The translations under genes and the position numbers were made by a program. The notes beneath the pieces are model-generated. The model worked only from the letters and a program-made list of their open reading frames with translations, was not told the origin of the DNA and searched no databases. From assembly GCA_026770705.1 (NCBI GenBank), contig JANJGN010000047.1:2914001-2978000 (forward strand): DNA of 64,000 nucleotides, read 5' to 3'. How positions within the stretch are numbered: position 1 is the first letter of the stretch; each line of letters begins with the position of its first letter. The stretch is from Isurus oxyrinchus. Lineage: Eukaryota. Positions 14,454 through 27,800 of the stretch are shown here, piece after piece.

Positions 14454-15081
14454 GCTCTGGGTGTTGCCTGGGTGATTAACAAGCAGCAATGGAATACTTC
14501 TCCAGAGATTCTCAGTGGTGTCAAGACAAGGAGTACTGCACCATTATGAAATAAGGCGAAGGCTAGAGGACAGACGTAAAGTGGACAGTTGGACAGGCAG
14601 GCCACTGCAGTCAAGAGAGGGAACAACAGCCACAGGCACTCATCCCCGTGTACCGGTTCCATTTTTCAGTTCCAACCTGTTCAGAAACAGATTCGATTTA
14701 TAAAAACACTTCAGCAATCAAAACACTTCTGACGCATACAATGTTGTTTCCATAATTGCATTTGTTTTCTTTATTCCGAGAGGGGCTTTAGGAGAATCGC
14801 TTTAAATCCCTTGGCAACAAATTATATCCATTCCTGTCCCCGTCCAGCAATGGCCATCTCTCTATTTCTCTCTCTCTCCCCCCACCCCATTCCACCAGCT
14901 CCACCTCATCCCAAACCAGTCTCTCTCTGACCCCCTCTCTGAGAGGGACTGACCGGATTGGAGTAGATTTCGAACGTCTGCATGGAGAAGGTAATCAAAT
15001 TGAAGCAGCAAGGCCTGGATTGTCTTAAGTGTCGAATGAACTTGCGCCTAAGTTTATTGGCTCCTCATATAGATTTGCCTG

Positions 15082-15428
15082 ATTCCATCCTCTTTCTTCA
15101 CTTTAATTCTCTTCCTGAACGCTCTCACAGTCAAATACATTGTAGTGGCCAGTCGGGCCCATAAGCGACTCAGAGGTCAGAGCAAGGTAGAGAATCAAAT
15201 TTACCCAGATACTGAGAGCAGAAGAAAATCTCTGATTTTACTGTTCACAATTTCCAGCAGCTTCATTTTTAAGTGGTTGTAAATTGTTATAGAATTCATA
15301 TAATATAAAATTACAGGGAAAGATTCCAATCATTATAACGATTCCGATTATATATATTGAAATAAGTCGCAGTAATGCTGTTCAATTTGACTTGTTGCAC
15401 AAACATGGTTTTTTAATGGAGCTAACCT
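15082..15428 (+). pseudogene. GPR139-like GPCR fragment B (TM5-TM7)
   Basis: FTLILFLNALTVKYIVVASRAHKRLRGQSKVENQIYPDTESRRKSLILLFTISSSF. Stops at 15280 and 15301. Direct duplicate of fragment A. Confidence 0.75.
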
Positions 15429-16339
15429 GCCGGTACTGTAAATGCTTCCATCTCTTTATTTTATGTCTCTTCCTGCCTGGAATCTAAACATCTGAAATGA
15501 AATTCATCTAAAATTAAAGGTGATTATCTTTACTTCTGCTGTCGGCTGCTGTGCAGTCCAGTGCATGAAACAGCCATGGACATTTTTAAAATGAACAGTG
15601 GAATGCTGAAGCTCTGCTCATTGAGGACAAAATAGGAGCAGTTACTATCGTGAGCAGACGATGGAAGCTGCCTTCATGCTGCGAACATGAATGTTCTTGC
15701 GTGCCTGAAACGGTAGAATCCTGTTTTGTAAATAGCAACCCAGGTATCAGTACTGAATGGAGAATGGTTTAATATGTAAACAGTGCACCGCCCTTGGGTC
15801 AGGAATAAAGTAGATTTTAACGTATCTGACGGCTTTTGTTTCATCACTCTAACCCTGTTCATTTCATCTCCTTACATTGCTAAATTCCTCCAGTATACCA
15901 AACATGTGATAACATTCAACCCCCTCACTACCAACAAAGACAATCTGATCATTAATAGTGATCATTAGAGTTGTTCACAATCCAAAATTATATCTCATGT
16001 GCTATTAAATCACTTATTCCTTGATTTTCTCAATTTTGACTTTTTAACATTGATGGTCAGCGTTGTCTATCACTCAGGGAGATGAGACTAGGTTGAAGTG
16101 CAGTCAGGAAACATTCCTAGACTCGTTTCGGGGATGGGCTGAACAGCGTGGGTCAACAAATTGCATCAATGTAGAAGTAATCGGGGAGTTTATATTAAGC
16201 GGAGTCGAATGTTATTCCTCCTGTCAGAGTTGTAGTTCACTCATTTTGCATTTTGCATTTCACCACCACCCCGTACCCCAACCACCACCCCCCCCCACCA
16301 CCCCCACCCCCGCCCCACCCCGCTAACAGAGAAAAACAT

Positions 16340-19030
16340 ATGTCGCTGAATGGGTGCAGTAAATTCTGGAAAGGTGAGCCGAGTAGAAGGCACGGTCCAA
16401 TTTCGGACAGATGACAGAGCTAGAGAATTGACACACCTCATTATTACAAGTTTTCATCAAAAAGAAACTGTAGAACGGGGCCTCAAAGTTCATTATCTGT
16501 AGATTCATCTCAGAGCTGCATGCTGGGAAATACAGAACCAAGAAGATAGTGCAGATGAATGCGTGGTGCCGCACGTGCTGGACGAAACATAGCTTCAGAT
16601 GCCGAGGATAATCTCGACAAGAGGGAAAAGACAAGATTAATTTTGCTGCTCTGTCGATCTTGCCCCAGATCATGGCTACTAAAATGCACTTAAATATTGT
16701 TGTCGGGGGAGAGTCTAACATGTATGAGTGTGATTGGATACCAGGACCGAACAACTGAGAGAAGGAGCAGTAACACGACAAGGAATGGAGACGTAAGAAC
16801 AGCAACAACATTGGAAAAAAAATATTAAAGGCGTGTTGGGTATCATGGAATAGCTGGCTAATCAATTTAAGGAATTTTCCAGAAACCGTTGACAAGTTCG
16901 CTACAGAAGGTGCTACATGAGTTGACGATAATGAGAATAAAACAGAATAGGTGGGAAATGAAGGGGACCAGGCGCCTCTGTCTGCAATAAACACTGAGCG
17001 GATATAGTTGAGATAAAGGCAGTTGGAGGCAATATTGTTCAGGAATCAGATGAGATTTCTACAGGAGTGCAGAATCGCAGAGCATTGGTAGCCTAAATCA
17101 TTTTGGTCAGATAAGCGGAAAGAGCAATGTCAAGTAGTTCGACGTGTTATATTGATTATCAAATAACACATAACAGATCTGTGGGTGCATTTATCAGCAA
17201 ACTTCAGTGACATGTGAAATTAAAGGGAAACAATATCGGCCGATTTCAATTACCATGTACAGGCTGGGGAAATGATAAGAAAAGGCAAGCAGGGTGAAAG
17301 ATCCCTTATTTTTTAGAATGGAATCTGCTTAATCAATATGTTAGAAGCACAGGGAAGAAGGTTCAAATTTTCGATATAGTTCTGCTGAAAGAATTCACAC
17401 AAATGTTTTCTGTTTCACATGATGGAATGCTGTGGAATAATGCATATATACATAAATATATAAATGTATTATAATTCGTTTGAAATAACTTATACTAAAA
17501 GTTCAATGTTCAAAATATTCAATACGTGAATTTTTAAGCGTTTGATGAATGGAAGATTATGATTCATCTACATTCAAATTAGAAACAGTTATGTTACCAG
17601 CCAAAATATTTCAATGACGAGGGAACAATAATAAAGTCAGGAAGCTTTGAGGAAAATGTTTAACTCATCTATGGGAATTACACAGCTTCTCGAGAAATGA
17701 ATTAGTGCAAATGTTACGGTGTTGTACATGAAGGGGGAGATGGCAACTCTTCGAATAGCGGACTCATCTTTCTAACTTCATTGACATTGGAGAGACATCA
17801 AGGAGAAAATAATTCTCACTTGCAGAATGGATTAACAATGTCAACAAGACCATTTGTTAAAGGCTAATCATGTCTGACTAATCTGTGAGTTATTTGGTGA
17901 ATTAACAGACATTGCGAGGAAGGGCATGCTGTCGATATGTAAGACGTGGGCTTTCAATTTTGTCAAAAAACCTCTTTGCAGATTTTCACCGTCAGTCCAA
18001 GTGCATTGCATGAAGCAACATTATTAACTGGCTTGTTTGCTTGACCAAGACGGGGCCGGATGAAAATAGTCATAAATGAATTTTCCTCCGAGTTGGGAGA
18101 GTCTGTTCCGCTGAGGGATCGGGTGTAACACCATTCATCTTTTTTTTACACATATGTATATAATATCAATATAAGTTTGGGAACAGAAAGAAACTGGTTA
18201 CAGAACTTTATAATGTAGCAAATCGTGAACATAGTAGCAACAGAAATAAGATGGAGTCAGGCAAAGAGGTAAGGGGTCAGACGTGTGGCTGCTTGAATTT
18301 ATTGTGCTTTTGTGATAAGCAATGCATCATAGGAAACATTCCGTCTTGTGGAATCAAAGTATAAATGTAACTACTTTGAAGGGGGAAAGGAACACAATTA
18401 CGATGATGTGCATGTCCATGGTTACTTGAAAGTGGCATGGAATTTGGGGCAAATGAAATACTCTGTACTTTTTTGGTAAACATGGGTATTAAATTGAAAT
18501 CTAATGAATCATTCATTACAGCTGTAAATTAATTGATATTATTCAGTTGGAAAATTGCGCAAAATTTTTAGTCACTGTAATATCGGAAGGATGTGAAGAT
18601 CCTGCAGAAGGTACAGAGAAAGTAGTTAGGAAGACACCATGGCAACTAAATAACATCATGAAGAAAAAGCGACAAAATTCTGTGGTTGGCCTCAAAATGT
18701 AGATATTGGGAAGGCATCCCTCTTGCATGAAGTCCTAGAACTAGGGAGCGATGTTCAAATACATGGGATGTCTCACACAATTTGCAGATGAGCAGGAATG
18801 TCTCATTTCAGAACGATGGTAGTCTTTGAAAGTTTCTTGCATGGAGAGCAGTGGTTGATGGGCATTGAAGTTTTTTCAGACTTAGAAAAATCCCCAGCGA
18901 AGCTGTGTTATTTTGAAGGGTTATGGCAGCCACAATGATTTCAGGCTCAAATCAGATCAACTAAGCTCATATTGAATAGCAGAGAAGGCCTGCTGATTCA
19001 TATGGCATCTTCCGTTCCCGGTGTGTCTTA
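16340..19030 (+). mobile_element. Highly degenerate CR1 LINE remnants
   Basis: Esterase-like remnants at ~16400-16650 (QMNAW), RT remnants at ~16870 and ~17860-17960 (SCLTNL), and a CR1-like 3' region to ~19030. Confidence 0.55.
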
Positions 19031-19142
19031 TGGGTGGGAAACTGTTGTTATGTGGAGAGATTGGTGGAATTGTTTTTTTTTTGTTTGTTTCCCTGTTGGA
19101 GCTGAGTAGGTTATGAAAGAATCCAACAGAGCTCGTAACCCA

Positions 19143-19810
19143 GAATCATAGAAATGTTACCGAACATAAGGAGACCATTCGGCCAATCTTTTCCAAGCCA
19201 TCCCGAGGAAACCCAGTTGTCCTTTCTAATCCCACCGTTCTTCACCCGGCCCATATCCCTGCAGTTTGCAGCACTTTAGTTGCACATCCAGGTGCTTTTA
19301 AAAAGAGTTTAAAGTTTCTGCCTCTAACAAAAATATGGACAGCGGATTCCAAACACCCACTACCCTCCATCTAAAACACGTCTTCCCCATTTCACCCCCT
19401 ATACCTTCTGAATTTATGTCCCCTTGTTTTAGAATTGTCCATCAAGTGATACAATTTTAGCCTGTCCACGCTAGCTATTCCCAATATAATTTTGTACACC
19501 TCAATCAAGTTACCTCTCAAGCCTTCTTTGTTCGAAGCAAAATAACCCCAACCTATCCAATCTTTCCTCGTAGCTACACTTCTGTAAATCTGGCAACATT
19601 CTTGGAAACGTCCCCTGCACTCTCCTTCCTGTAATGCAGTGACCAGAACTGCACACAATACCCCAGTTGAGGCCTTACAGAAGTTTCATACAATTCCAAC
19701 AATTTATCCTTACTTTTATATGCTATACCTCTGCCAATGAAGGAGAGCATTCCATATGGATCATTTCCAATCTTGTCTACTTGAACTGCTACTTTCAGTT
19801 ACCTGTGAAC
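19143..19810 (-). mobile_element. CR1 3' fragment
   Basis: Begins with gaatcatagaa...ccattcggcc, the reverse complement of a CR1 3' end. ORF 19392-19658 reads LRGNLIEVYKII...KTRGHKF. Confidence 0.75.
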
Positions 19811-21509
19811 TATATGCCACGATCACTATGGTTTAATCTGCACTAATGTTTACATTTTATCATGACTGATTTTCTCTTGAAATCCATATCCCTGTTACTA
19901 AAGCACAAAACCTGTATGCTTTATCATCATAGCCTATCAGATTCAGTAATTTATGGAAATATAGCAGACCTCTCTGCCTCATAACCATATATTTATTGTA
20001 CCCAGTATTTTCTATATACTCTCCTCCTTCTCACTGTCCTGTGCATGTCTTTCTCTGTTATCTTCCTCTGGCCTTATTTCATACCGGGTTAGATTTCCAA
20101 AATAGAAACACCATCCGAGATCTCTCAACTGCTCAAATTCTGCTCCCTTGTCCATCTCAAATTTTCATCTCCTCAACATTGAGGAGTGAGGGTTACACAT
20201 GACCTACAATCATATCTCCTCCTTCTGTCGTACAACCAATGGAACTTCACAGAGTATCATTCTAAATATACCTCAACCACTGCTATCGGCGATGAAAGCC
20301 AGTTAAGTTACTTCATTTTAAGTTCAACCTATAACCTGTCTTCTCAGAAAATAAAGAAGAAGATACAAAATTGTAATAAAAAAACCGAAAATGCCTGAAA
20401 ACAACTCTGCTCATCTGGTAGCATCTGTGGAGTGGGAAACAGAAAAAAAGAACTGTGAGTCCAATAACACTTATTTCTTAGGAACTGGAGAGAAGTGGAA
20501 TTCTGATGAGCTTAAAGGTGTTGTAAAGAAAAGGAGGGGGCAGAGCAACAAATTAAGAGGTCAGGGATAAGCAGGAGGGTCGGAGAGACTACATTACAAA
20601 GATGCATTGGAACACAGGACAAAGGGCATGGCAATCAACTTGCTAAAGTTTGATACTTTTTTCTAGACTAGGTGTCGATAGCACAATAAATGTCAGCACT
20701 GTCTGAAACAAAATAAAAGGTTGGCAGAAAATGGCAGAACAAAAACAGCTCTGTCTAAAAGCAACAAGAAACGAATGTTACAGACTGGCACAGGCAAAGA
20801 AGAGAAACAGAAGCTTGAAAATAGTTGCTTGCCGGAAGTTGTTAAATTCCATTCTGAATCCAAAAGCCTTTAAAATGCTTAATTGGAAGATACAATATTG
20901 TTCTTCCAGCCTGCATTGGCCTTCATTGGAAGATTACAACATGCTGAGGACAGAGATTGAGCCTGAGAGCAATCTGGTGTATTGAAATAGCAAGTGATAG
21001 GAAGATCGTGATCATGCTGGACAGAGATTGTTTTATTTACCGCAAGACCACCAAGTCTGTTTTTGGTCTTCGCAATGAAGATGAGACTACATTGTGAGCA
21101 GCGAATACAGTAGAATACATTGAACGAAATACTACTAAATTGCTGCTTCACCTGGAGGGATTGCTTGAGGCTTTGAAGGCAAAGGGGGATGAGGAAAAGG
21201 TGCAGATGTTACAGCTCATTCGATTGCAAGTGCGGGTGTCCTGTAAAGGCAATAAAGTGTTGAAATTGAAAATGGATTGCACCAAGGTGTCGCAGAGGGA
21301 GCTGTTTCATTGTAATTTTGCAGGCTGGGGAGGGGGCGATGTGTTTGCTGCTGACATCATGCTACAATTCGTGGAAGTGGCATCGGTCACTGGGGTAGTG
21401 AATGAGTTCATGGGGAACCACGTCCTACTTTCAGGAAAGATGTGTGCAGAAGTGCTGGATATGCCTGGAAAAACTCAGCCGGTCTGGCAGCATCTGCAGA
21501 GAAGAAAAG

Positions 21510-21548
21510 AGTTGACGTTTCGAGTCCTCATGACCCTTGGACAGATCT
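21510..21548 (-). ncRNA. Minimal type I hammerhead ribozyme motif in pLTR (mutated copy, core CUGUCCA)
   Basis: Reverse complement agat-ctgtcca-a-gggtc-atgag-gactc-gaaa-cgtc-aact. Confidence 0.45.
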
Positions 21549-21950
21549 TGAGTTCGAGTCCAAGAAAGAGTTGAAATATAAGCTGGTTTAAGGTGTGTGT
21601 GTGTGGGGGGGGGGGGGGGGGGGGTGCGGAGAGATAGAGAGAGAGAGAGGTGCTTGTGTGGACAAACAAGCAGTGATAGAAGCAGATCATCAAAAGATGT
21701 CAACGACAATGGTACAATAGAACACATAGATGTTAAAGTTAAAGTTGGTGATATTATCTAAACGAATGTGCTAATTAAGAATGGATGGTAGGGCACTCGA
21801 GGTATAGCTCTAGTGGGGGTGGGGAGAGCATAAAAGATTTTAAAATATTTAAAAATAATGGAAATAGGTGGGAAAAGGAAAATCTATATAATTTATTGGG
21901 GAAAAAAAGGAAGGGGGAAACAGAAAGGGAGTGGGGATGGGGGAGAGAGC

Positions 21951-23688
21951 TCACGACCTAAAGTTGTTGAATTCAATATTCAGTCCGGAAGGCTGTAAAG
22001 TGCCTAGTCGGAAGATGAGGTGTTGTTCCTCCAGTTTGCGTTGGGCTTCACTGGAACAATGCAGCAGGCCAAGGACAGACATATGGGCAAGAGAGCAGGG
22101 TGGAGTGATAAAATGGTAAGCGACAGGGAGGGTTGGGTCATTCTTGTGGACAGACCGCAGGTGTTCTGCAAAGCGGTCGCCCAGTTTATGTTTGGTCTCT
22201 CCAGAGTGGAGGAGACCACATTGAGAGCAACGAATGCAGTAGACTAAGTTGGGGGAAATGCAAAAAAAATGCTGCTTCACTTGAAAGGAGTGTTTGGGTC
22301 CTTGGACGGTGAGGAGAGAGGAAGTGAAGGGTCAGGTGTTGCATCTTTTGCTTGGGCATGGGGTGGTGCCACAGGAGGGGGTTGAGGAGTAGGGGGTGAT
22401 GGAGGAGTGGACCAGCGTGTCCCGGAGGGACCGATCCCTACGGAAGGCTGATAGGGGGGGTGAAGGGAAGATGTGTTTGGTGGTGGCATCATGCTGGAGT
22501 TGGCGGAAATGGTGGAGGATGATCCTTTGAACGCGGAGGCTGGTGGGGTGGTAAGTGAGGGCAAGGGGGACCCTATCATATTTCTGGGAGGGAGGAGAAG
22601 GCGTGGGGGCGGATGCGTGGGAGATGGGCCGGACACGGTTGAGGGCCCTGCCAACGACCGTGGGTGGAAAACCGTGGTTAAGGAAGAAGGAGGACATGTC
22701 AGAGGAGTTGTTTTTGAAGGTAGCATCATCTGAACAGATGCGACGGAGGCGAAGGAACTGAGAGAATGGGCTGGAGTCCTTACAGGAAGCGGGGTGTGAG
22801 GAGCTGTAGTCGAGGTAGCTGTGGGAGTCGCTGGGTTTGTAATGGATATTGGTGCACAGTCTATCACCAGAGATTGAGACAGAGAGGTCAAGGAAGGGAA
22901 GGGAAGTGTCAGAGATGGACCACGTGAAAATGATGGAGGGGTGGAGATTGGAAGCAAAATTAATAAATTCTTCCAAGTCCCGACGAGAGCATGAAGTGGC
23001 ACCGAAGTAATCATCGATGTACTGGAGAAAGAGTTGTGGAAGGGGACCGGAGTAGGACTGGAACAAGGAACGTTCCACATACCCCATAAAGAGACAGGCA
23101 TAGCTGGGGCCCATGCGGGTTCCCATAGCCACACCTTTTATTTGGAGGAAGTGAGAGGAGTTGAAGAAGAAATTGTTCAGCGTGAGAACAAGTTCAGGCA
23201 GACGGAGGAGAGTAGTGGTGGATGGGGATTGTTCAGGCCTCTGTTCGAGGAAGAAGCTAAGGGCTCTCAGACCATCCTGGTGGGGGATGGAGGTGTAGAG
23301 GGATTGGACGTCCATGGTGAAGAGGAAGCTGTTGGGGCCAGGGAGCTGGAAATTGTTGATGTGACATAAGGTGTCAGAGGAATCACGGATGTAGGTGGGA
23401 AGGGAATGGACAAGGGGAGTGAGAAGGGAGTCAAGATAACGAGAAATGAGTTCTGTGGGGCAGGAGCAAGCGGAGACGATCGGTCTACCGGGGCAGTTCT
23501 GTTTGTGGATTTTGGGTAGGAGATAGAAGCGGGCCGTCCGAGGTTGGGCGACTATCAGGTTGGAAGCTGTGGAAGGAAGATCCCCAGAGGAGATGACGTC
23601 AGTGACAGTCCTGGAAACAATGGCTTGATGTTCAGTGGTGGGTTCATGGTCCAGGGAAAGGTAGGAGGAAGTGTCTGCGAGTTGACGC
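21951..23688 (-). pseudogene. PLE reverse transcriptase plus GIY-YIG endonuclease ORF
   Basis: RT motifs YLLPKIHK, GRPIVS, MDVQSLYT, GVAMG and QYIDD. Cys-rich linker PCPSKRCNT*P with one in-frame TGA at 22332-22334, then in-frame endonuclease NLVYCIRCSQCGLLHSGET...GLN (YIG altered to HSG). Confidence 0.92.
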
Positions 23689-23787
23689 AACTTTAACACC
23701 TATGTGTTCTTTTGTTCTATTGTTGTTGACATCTTTTGATGATCTGCTTCTATCACTGCTTGTTTGTCCCTACAACCACACCCCCCT

Positions 23788-23818
<31 letters not shown>

Positions 23819-23882
23819 CTCTCCCCCCACACACACACCTTAAACCAGCTTATATTTCAACTCTTTCTTGGACTCGAACTCA

Positions 23883-23921
23883 AGTTCTGTCGAAGGGTCA
23901 TGAGGACTCGAAACGTCAACT
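23883..23921 (+). ncRNA. Minimal type I hammerhead ribozyme motif in pLTR (variant core CUGUCGA)
   Basis: agtt CTGTCGA a gggtc-atgag-gactc GAAA cGTC aact. Stem I is agtt/aact, stem II is 5 bp, and stem III is the palindrome ACGT, as in PLE minimal hammerheads. Confidence 0.65.
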
Positions 23922-24554
23922 CTTTTCTTCTCCGCCAATGCTGCCAGACCGGCTGAGTTTTCCCAGGTAATTCTGTTTTTGTTTTGGAATTCCAACATCC
24001 ACAGTTTTTTTGTTTATATATTAGTGCTGGATATGCGTTGGATACTTTTCAGGGGCCAAAGTGCGGGATTCGCTGGGCGGGGGAAGAAGGGAGGATTCTC
24101 TGGATGTTAATTGTGAAAGGTAACATAATCAGATATGTGGGAGGCAAGAAATTTGGGAATATTAGAGAGTCCTAACCGAAATAGTGATGTGAAGATTTAC
24201 AACCAAGAAGTCTGTGGAAATCAATGGGTTCGCAAAGAATGTTTTTGGACTGCCTAATGTCAGCAACTGAGACAGGAAATTCACACAATGTAGGTATCAG
24301 AGAAGGATGTTGTGATAGTGGAAAAGGGATATGATTGGAAGAAAACGTGATGAATTATATTTGTCTCCAGACGTTCAGGCAAATGCATGATTTTGCACCA
24401 AAAGAGCCTTCGATGTTCCAGAAAAAAATAGTAACCCTGTGATTGGGCCTAAGTCGGACTTTATTCAGGAACATCGAACAAGACCACACCCAAAAAAGGC
24501 AGATGTAACTGGGGTCCATCCTGGCAGCCATACCCACACCGATGTGAGTGCAAA

Positions 24555-24813
24555 TGTGACATGAGAAAAAACCTTTTTCACGCAGTGAGTAGATGGGGTT
24601 TGGAATGCCATGCCTAGAATTGAGGTGGAGGCAGGTTCAATATCGGCATTCAAAAGGTCACTGGATGATGACTTAAAATGAAACAAATGTGCAGGGCTTC
24701 AGGGAACAGGAGGGAGATTCACACGGATTTAAAATGTCCAGGGAGCCGATGTAGACAGAATGTGCCTAATGCCGCCATTCTACACCTTTACAGTTCGTTG
24801 ATTCTGTGATTCT
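24555..24813 (+). mobile_element. CR1 3' fragment inserted in the old PLE
   Basis: aacctttttcacgcagtgagtagatggggtttggaatgccatgcct (FTQxVxGVWNAMP), ending in gattctgtgattct. Confidence 0.7.
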
Positions 24814-27800
24814 TATTTTGCGGAAGTAAAATAAGAACAAGTTAATGTTTGTTTCCTCAATGAGATAACGAGTTGAGCCAGGCTGTGGTGAGTGGTGGTG
24901 GAATGTTCGGGCCTATATTCATTAAAGAAACCGAGAGCCCTCAACACGCCCCTGTGGAGGAAGCAGATTTAGAAGGATTGGAAGGACATAGTGAAGAGTG
25001 CCCATCAGGGCAATGTAACTGGAAAATTTTGAGGTGATGTAGGGGATCTTAATAATCACAAAGTTAGGTAGGAGGTTTATGCACAGTAGGGAGAAAAGTA
25101 AAGCCTAATATGAAGAAGGAATTCCATCGGGGTAGGCACTGGTGGAGACAATGTATTTAATAGGAAAGGCCTTTTGGGGGTATATATATCTATATATATA
25201 TATATATATAGTTGGTACAAGTGGGCTGCAGAGTTGCCGCACCATGAGGCTGGAGACTTTAGAGGGAAGTTCTCCCTTGGAGTGACTTCGGTCGCAGGCT
25301 TGCAAACTATAGCTTGATGTTTGTTGGTGGGGTTTTGTTCCTGATGGGGTAAAGAAGTGTCTGAGTTTAGGTCCACAGACTCTGCAAGGCCGAGGACGGT
25401 GTGCCAGGCAACATGCGCACCAATTTGAGCTTGTCAACTTTGTTCTTTTGTTCATTGCATCAATGTCAATGATGAACACACACACTCACACAGAACTACC
25501 TGTTGATGAAGATTGTGATTCTGAGCCAAGCTCATAGAAAAGCCAAAACTAATTTATCTGACGGTGTGACTCTACAGCGACACTCAGCCATTAGCTGACA
25601 TAATCGTTTATAAACTGACGTTGTGATTACAAAGTAACCAGAAAGAGGGAAAATTAGTAATCAACACCACAGTGACACATTATCTTCAATCTTGAGCACT
25701 AATAACATATTTACTCACTTTTAGGATAACAAACAAGAACCAAGAGATTATCCGTGTCCCAAAGTAATTGAGGAGTTAGAAATCGTCGCCCTGCCGATGC
25801 ACTCTCCCGATGATTAGCAAGTAATCTTGTCAAATTAACCCGTCCATTACCTCCAAGCTTGCACTGAGACATTACGTACCCAACTGTCATTAAACTGACT
25901 TGCTACCCATAAACTCCCTCACTCCTCCAAAAGGACAAGCTCCCCACAAACCAACCCTCATCCAAACAATATAATAACCTTAACTTCGACCAGTCCAAAA
26001 ACTGCGACTCTCGTCCTAACAACGCAAAAAAGTCAATAAAGCCTCCGTCTGATGTGTTGAAATAGAAGATGAAGCACCACTGATAAAATCAAGCTGTACT
26101 GACACAACTCCCATGTTGGGCCCCTGCAATATGTGCCAATAATCTGACGGAAAAACCGTGAACTGAGACTGCGCCAGTTGACTTAGTGAGCGCCATAAAC
26201 ATATGGACAATGGCAGACCCACAGAAAAACAGCAATATCTTTCCGTACCACTGTCGATGTAGTTAATCGTGTATTCATTTGATATTTTAAAAAACGGTAA
26301 AACAATGCACTAACAATTAACTAAACTATTCCAATAAGGCGAATAATCTCTAATTAAAATCGTATGTAACGTTCCATGACACACTGAGCTTTTTAAAAAT
26401 GCAAGCACAATAATATGGTCAAATAGAATTGAGTATTCAACTAGCGCTCATAAAGAAATATCAATAATGACGTAATTCAACCATTGGTTTAACCTGAACT
26501 TAACCATTAACTGTATCAGCTTCCTGATTAAACTTTACTCAACTTCTGTAGACTGACTCGCATAAATCAGCTGGGCGTATGAATGCCCGACATCATTAAT
26601 TGAATCAACTACCCATTCAAAAAAACATGCGAAAACTGTGTGAACACAGGCACAGTCTTTGCACGGCCTTCGGGATTATTTGGGATTAATGTGAAAATTG
26701 TTCGATCATTAGCTTAATTCATTATTTGGCTTTAAATGATGGCTCGGGATGATTAGGGACTAACAAATAAAATTTCCATTGTCGGCAGAGCGCATGATTT
26801 TTGTACTAAACACCTACTTTGAATCTGTATGTGCTGGAGAGTAGATTTTCCCTAACGTGTGATTATGAGAGAATAAATTGGTGACCTTGAATTTGAAACA
26901 CATTCAGAAATTGGATATAGGTAAACGTCAGACATTAATCAAAGCAGCAAAATTAACTGGCCGAAAATACGCCAGGGGGACAGAAAGCAGGGAGCAATCC
27001 TGAAAGGTCAGTGATTTTACATGATGCAGCAGTCCAGTACTGCTCCGAACGGATATGTGTTAGGGGCACTTTCTCATATTTAGGCATTGCAGTCATCATC
27101 AGAAGTGAAACATTAAATCCTTCAGCATTGTATATAAGCGGTGATCAGGTGAGCCAGCAAATAACAAATTAAATCTTGTATTCGGCTTTGCTAAGTGATA
27201 CATTTTGAGGTAAATTGGCATTTGGCAAATATAATTTATATAAACCGAGGCATGCAAATACCATATAAAAGTTTGTATTCCTTGCTGATTCAACATCAAT
27301 AAAATGATTCGAAGCACACGAATGTTAAAAAACAATAGCACCTGCTACAAGAATTATACCTCACCTGCTACAACAATCACCTCAATGTCCAAATATTCAT
27401 TTTACTGAGCACCAAGCAACGGATTTAAAAATCCTCACTTAACAAAGTTTTCACGACCCATTAATTCATCCCTCGCTAATAAATGCATAAAATGTAGAAA
27501 TGTTAACCAAGTGCTCTGAAAGTGAACTGGCATCTCAGAAATTCTCCAGTGTTTATCACTTTTCATATTACCGAACCCTCCATTACAATTTAAACTGATA
27601 CACTGCACACTGTACAACAACACATTAAAAATATTCAGCACCCAAACAAAAAGAGGCATGCTCGTTATCCGAGGTAAATTGTAGGCCTAATCGGAATCCC
27701 ATCCGTAAAGTGCTGCCTCTAGTCTGCTCTGGGGAATTTGGCTACTCCGAATCATTTATTTTATTCAGCAGAAACCCTGGCCGCCAGTAGCTTGAAGGCG

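Larger units (their letters stand above)
21465..24022 (-). mobile_element. Young Penelope-like retroelement (Neptune-like), 5'-truncated, with an inverted pLTR copy and a 14-bp TSD
   Basis: pLTR at 21465-~21740 and its inverted copy at 23689-24022. RT and GIY-YIG lie between them. The direct repeat agtgctggatatgc occurs at 21451-21464 and 24023-24036. Confidence 0.92.
20360..25340 (-). mobile_element. Old Penelope-like element, interrupted by a young PLE (21465-24022) and a CR1 fragment (24555-24813)
   Basis: Degenerate pLTR-like start at ~20370-20490. GIY-YIG remnant at 20879-21151 (YCIRCSQC). RT remnants resume at 24355-24537 (MAARMDPSYICLF) and ~25280-25340 (PTNKHQAIV). Confidence 0.7.

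Noticed and set aside
16323-16994. 223-aa minus-strand ORF
   Set aside because: No domain motifs. It is antisense to degenerate CR1 esterase/RT remnants.
22277-23134. 285-aa Pro/Ser/Thr-rich ORF resembling a mucin
   Set aside because: Alternative frame of the C-rich PLE RT strand.
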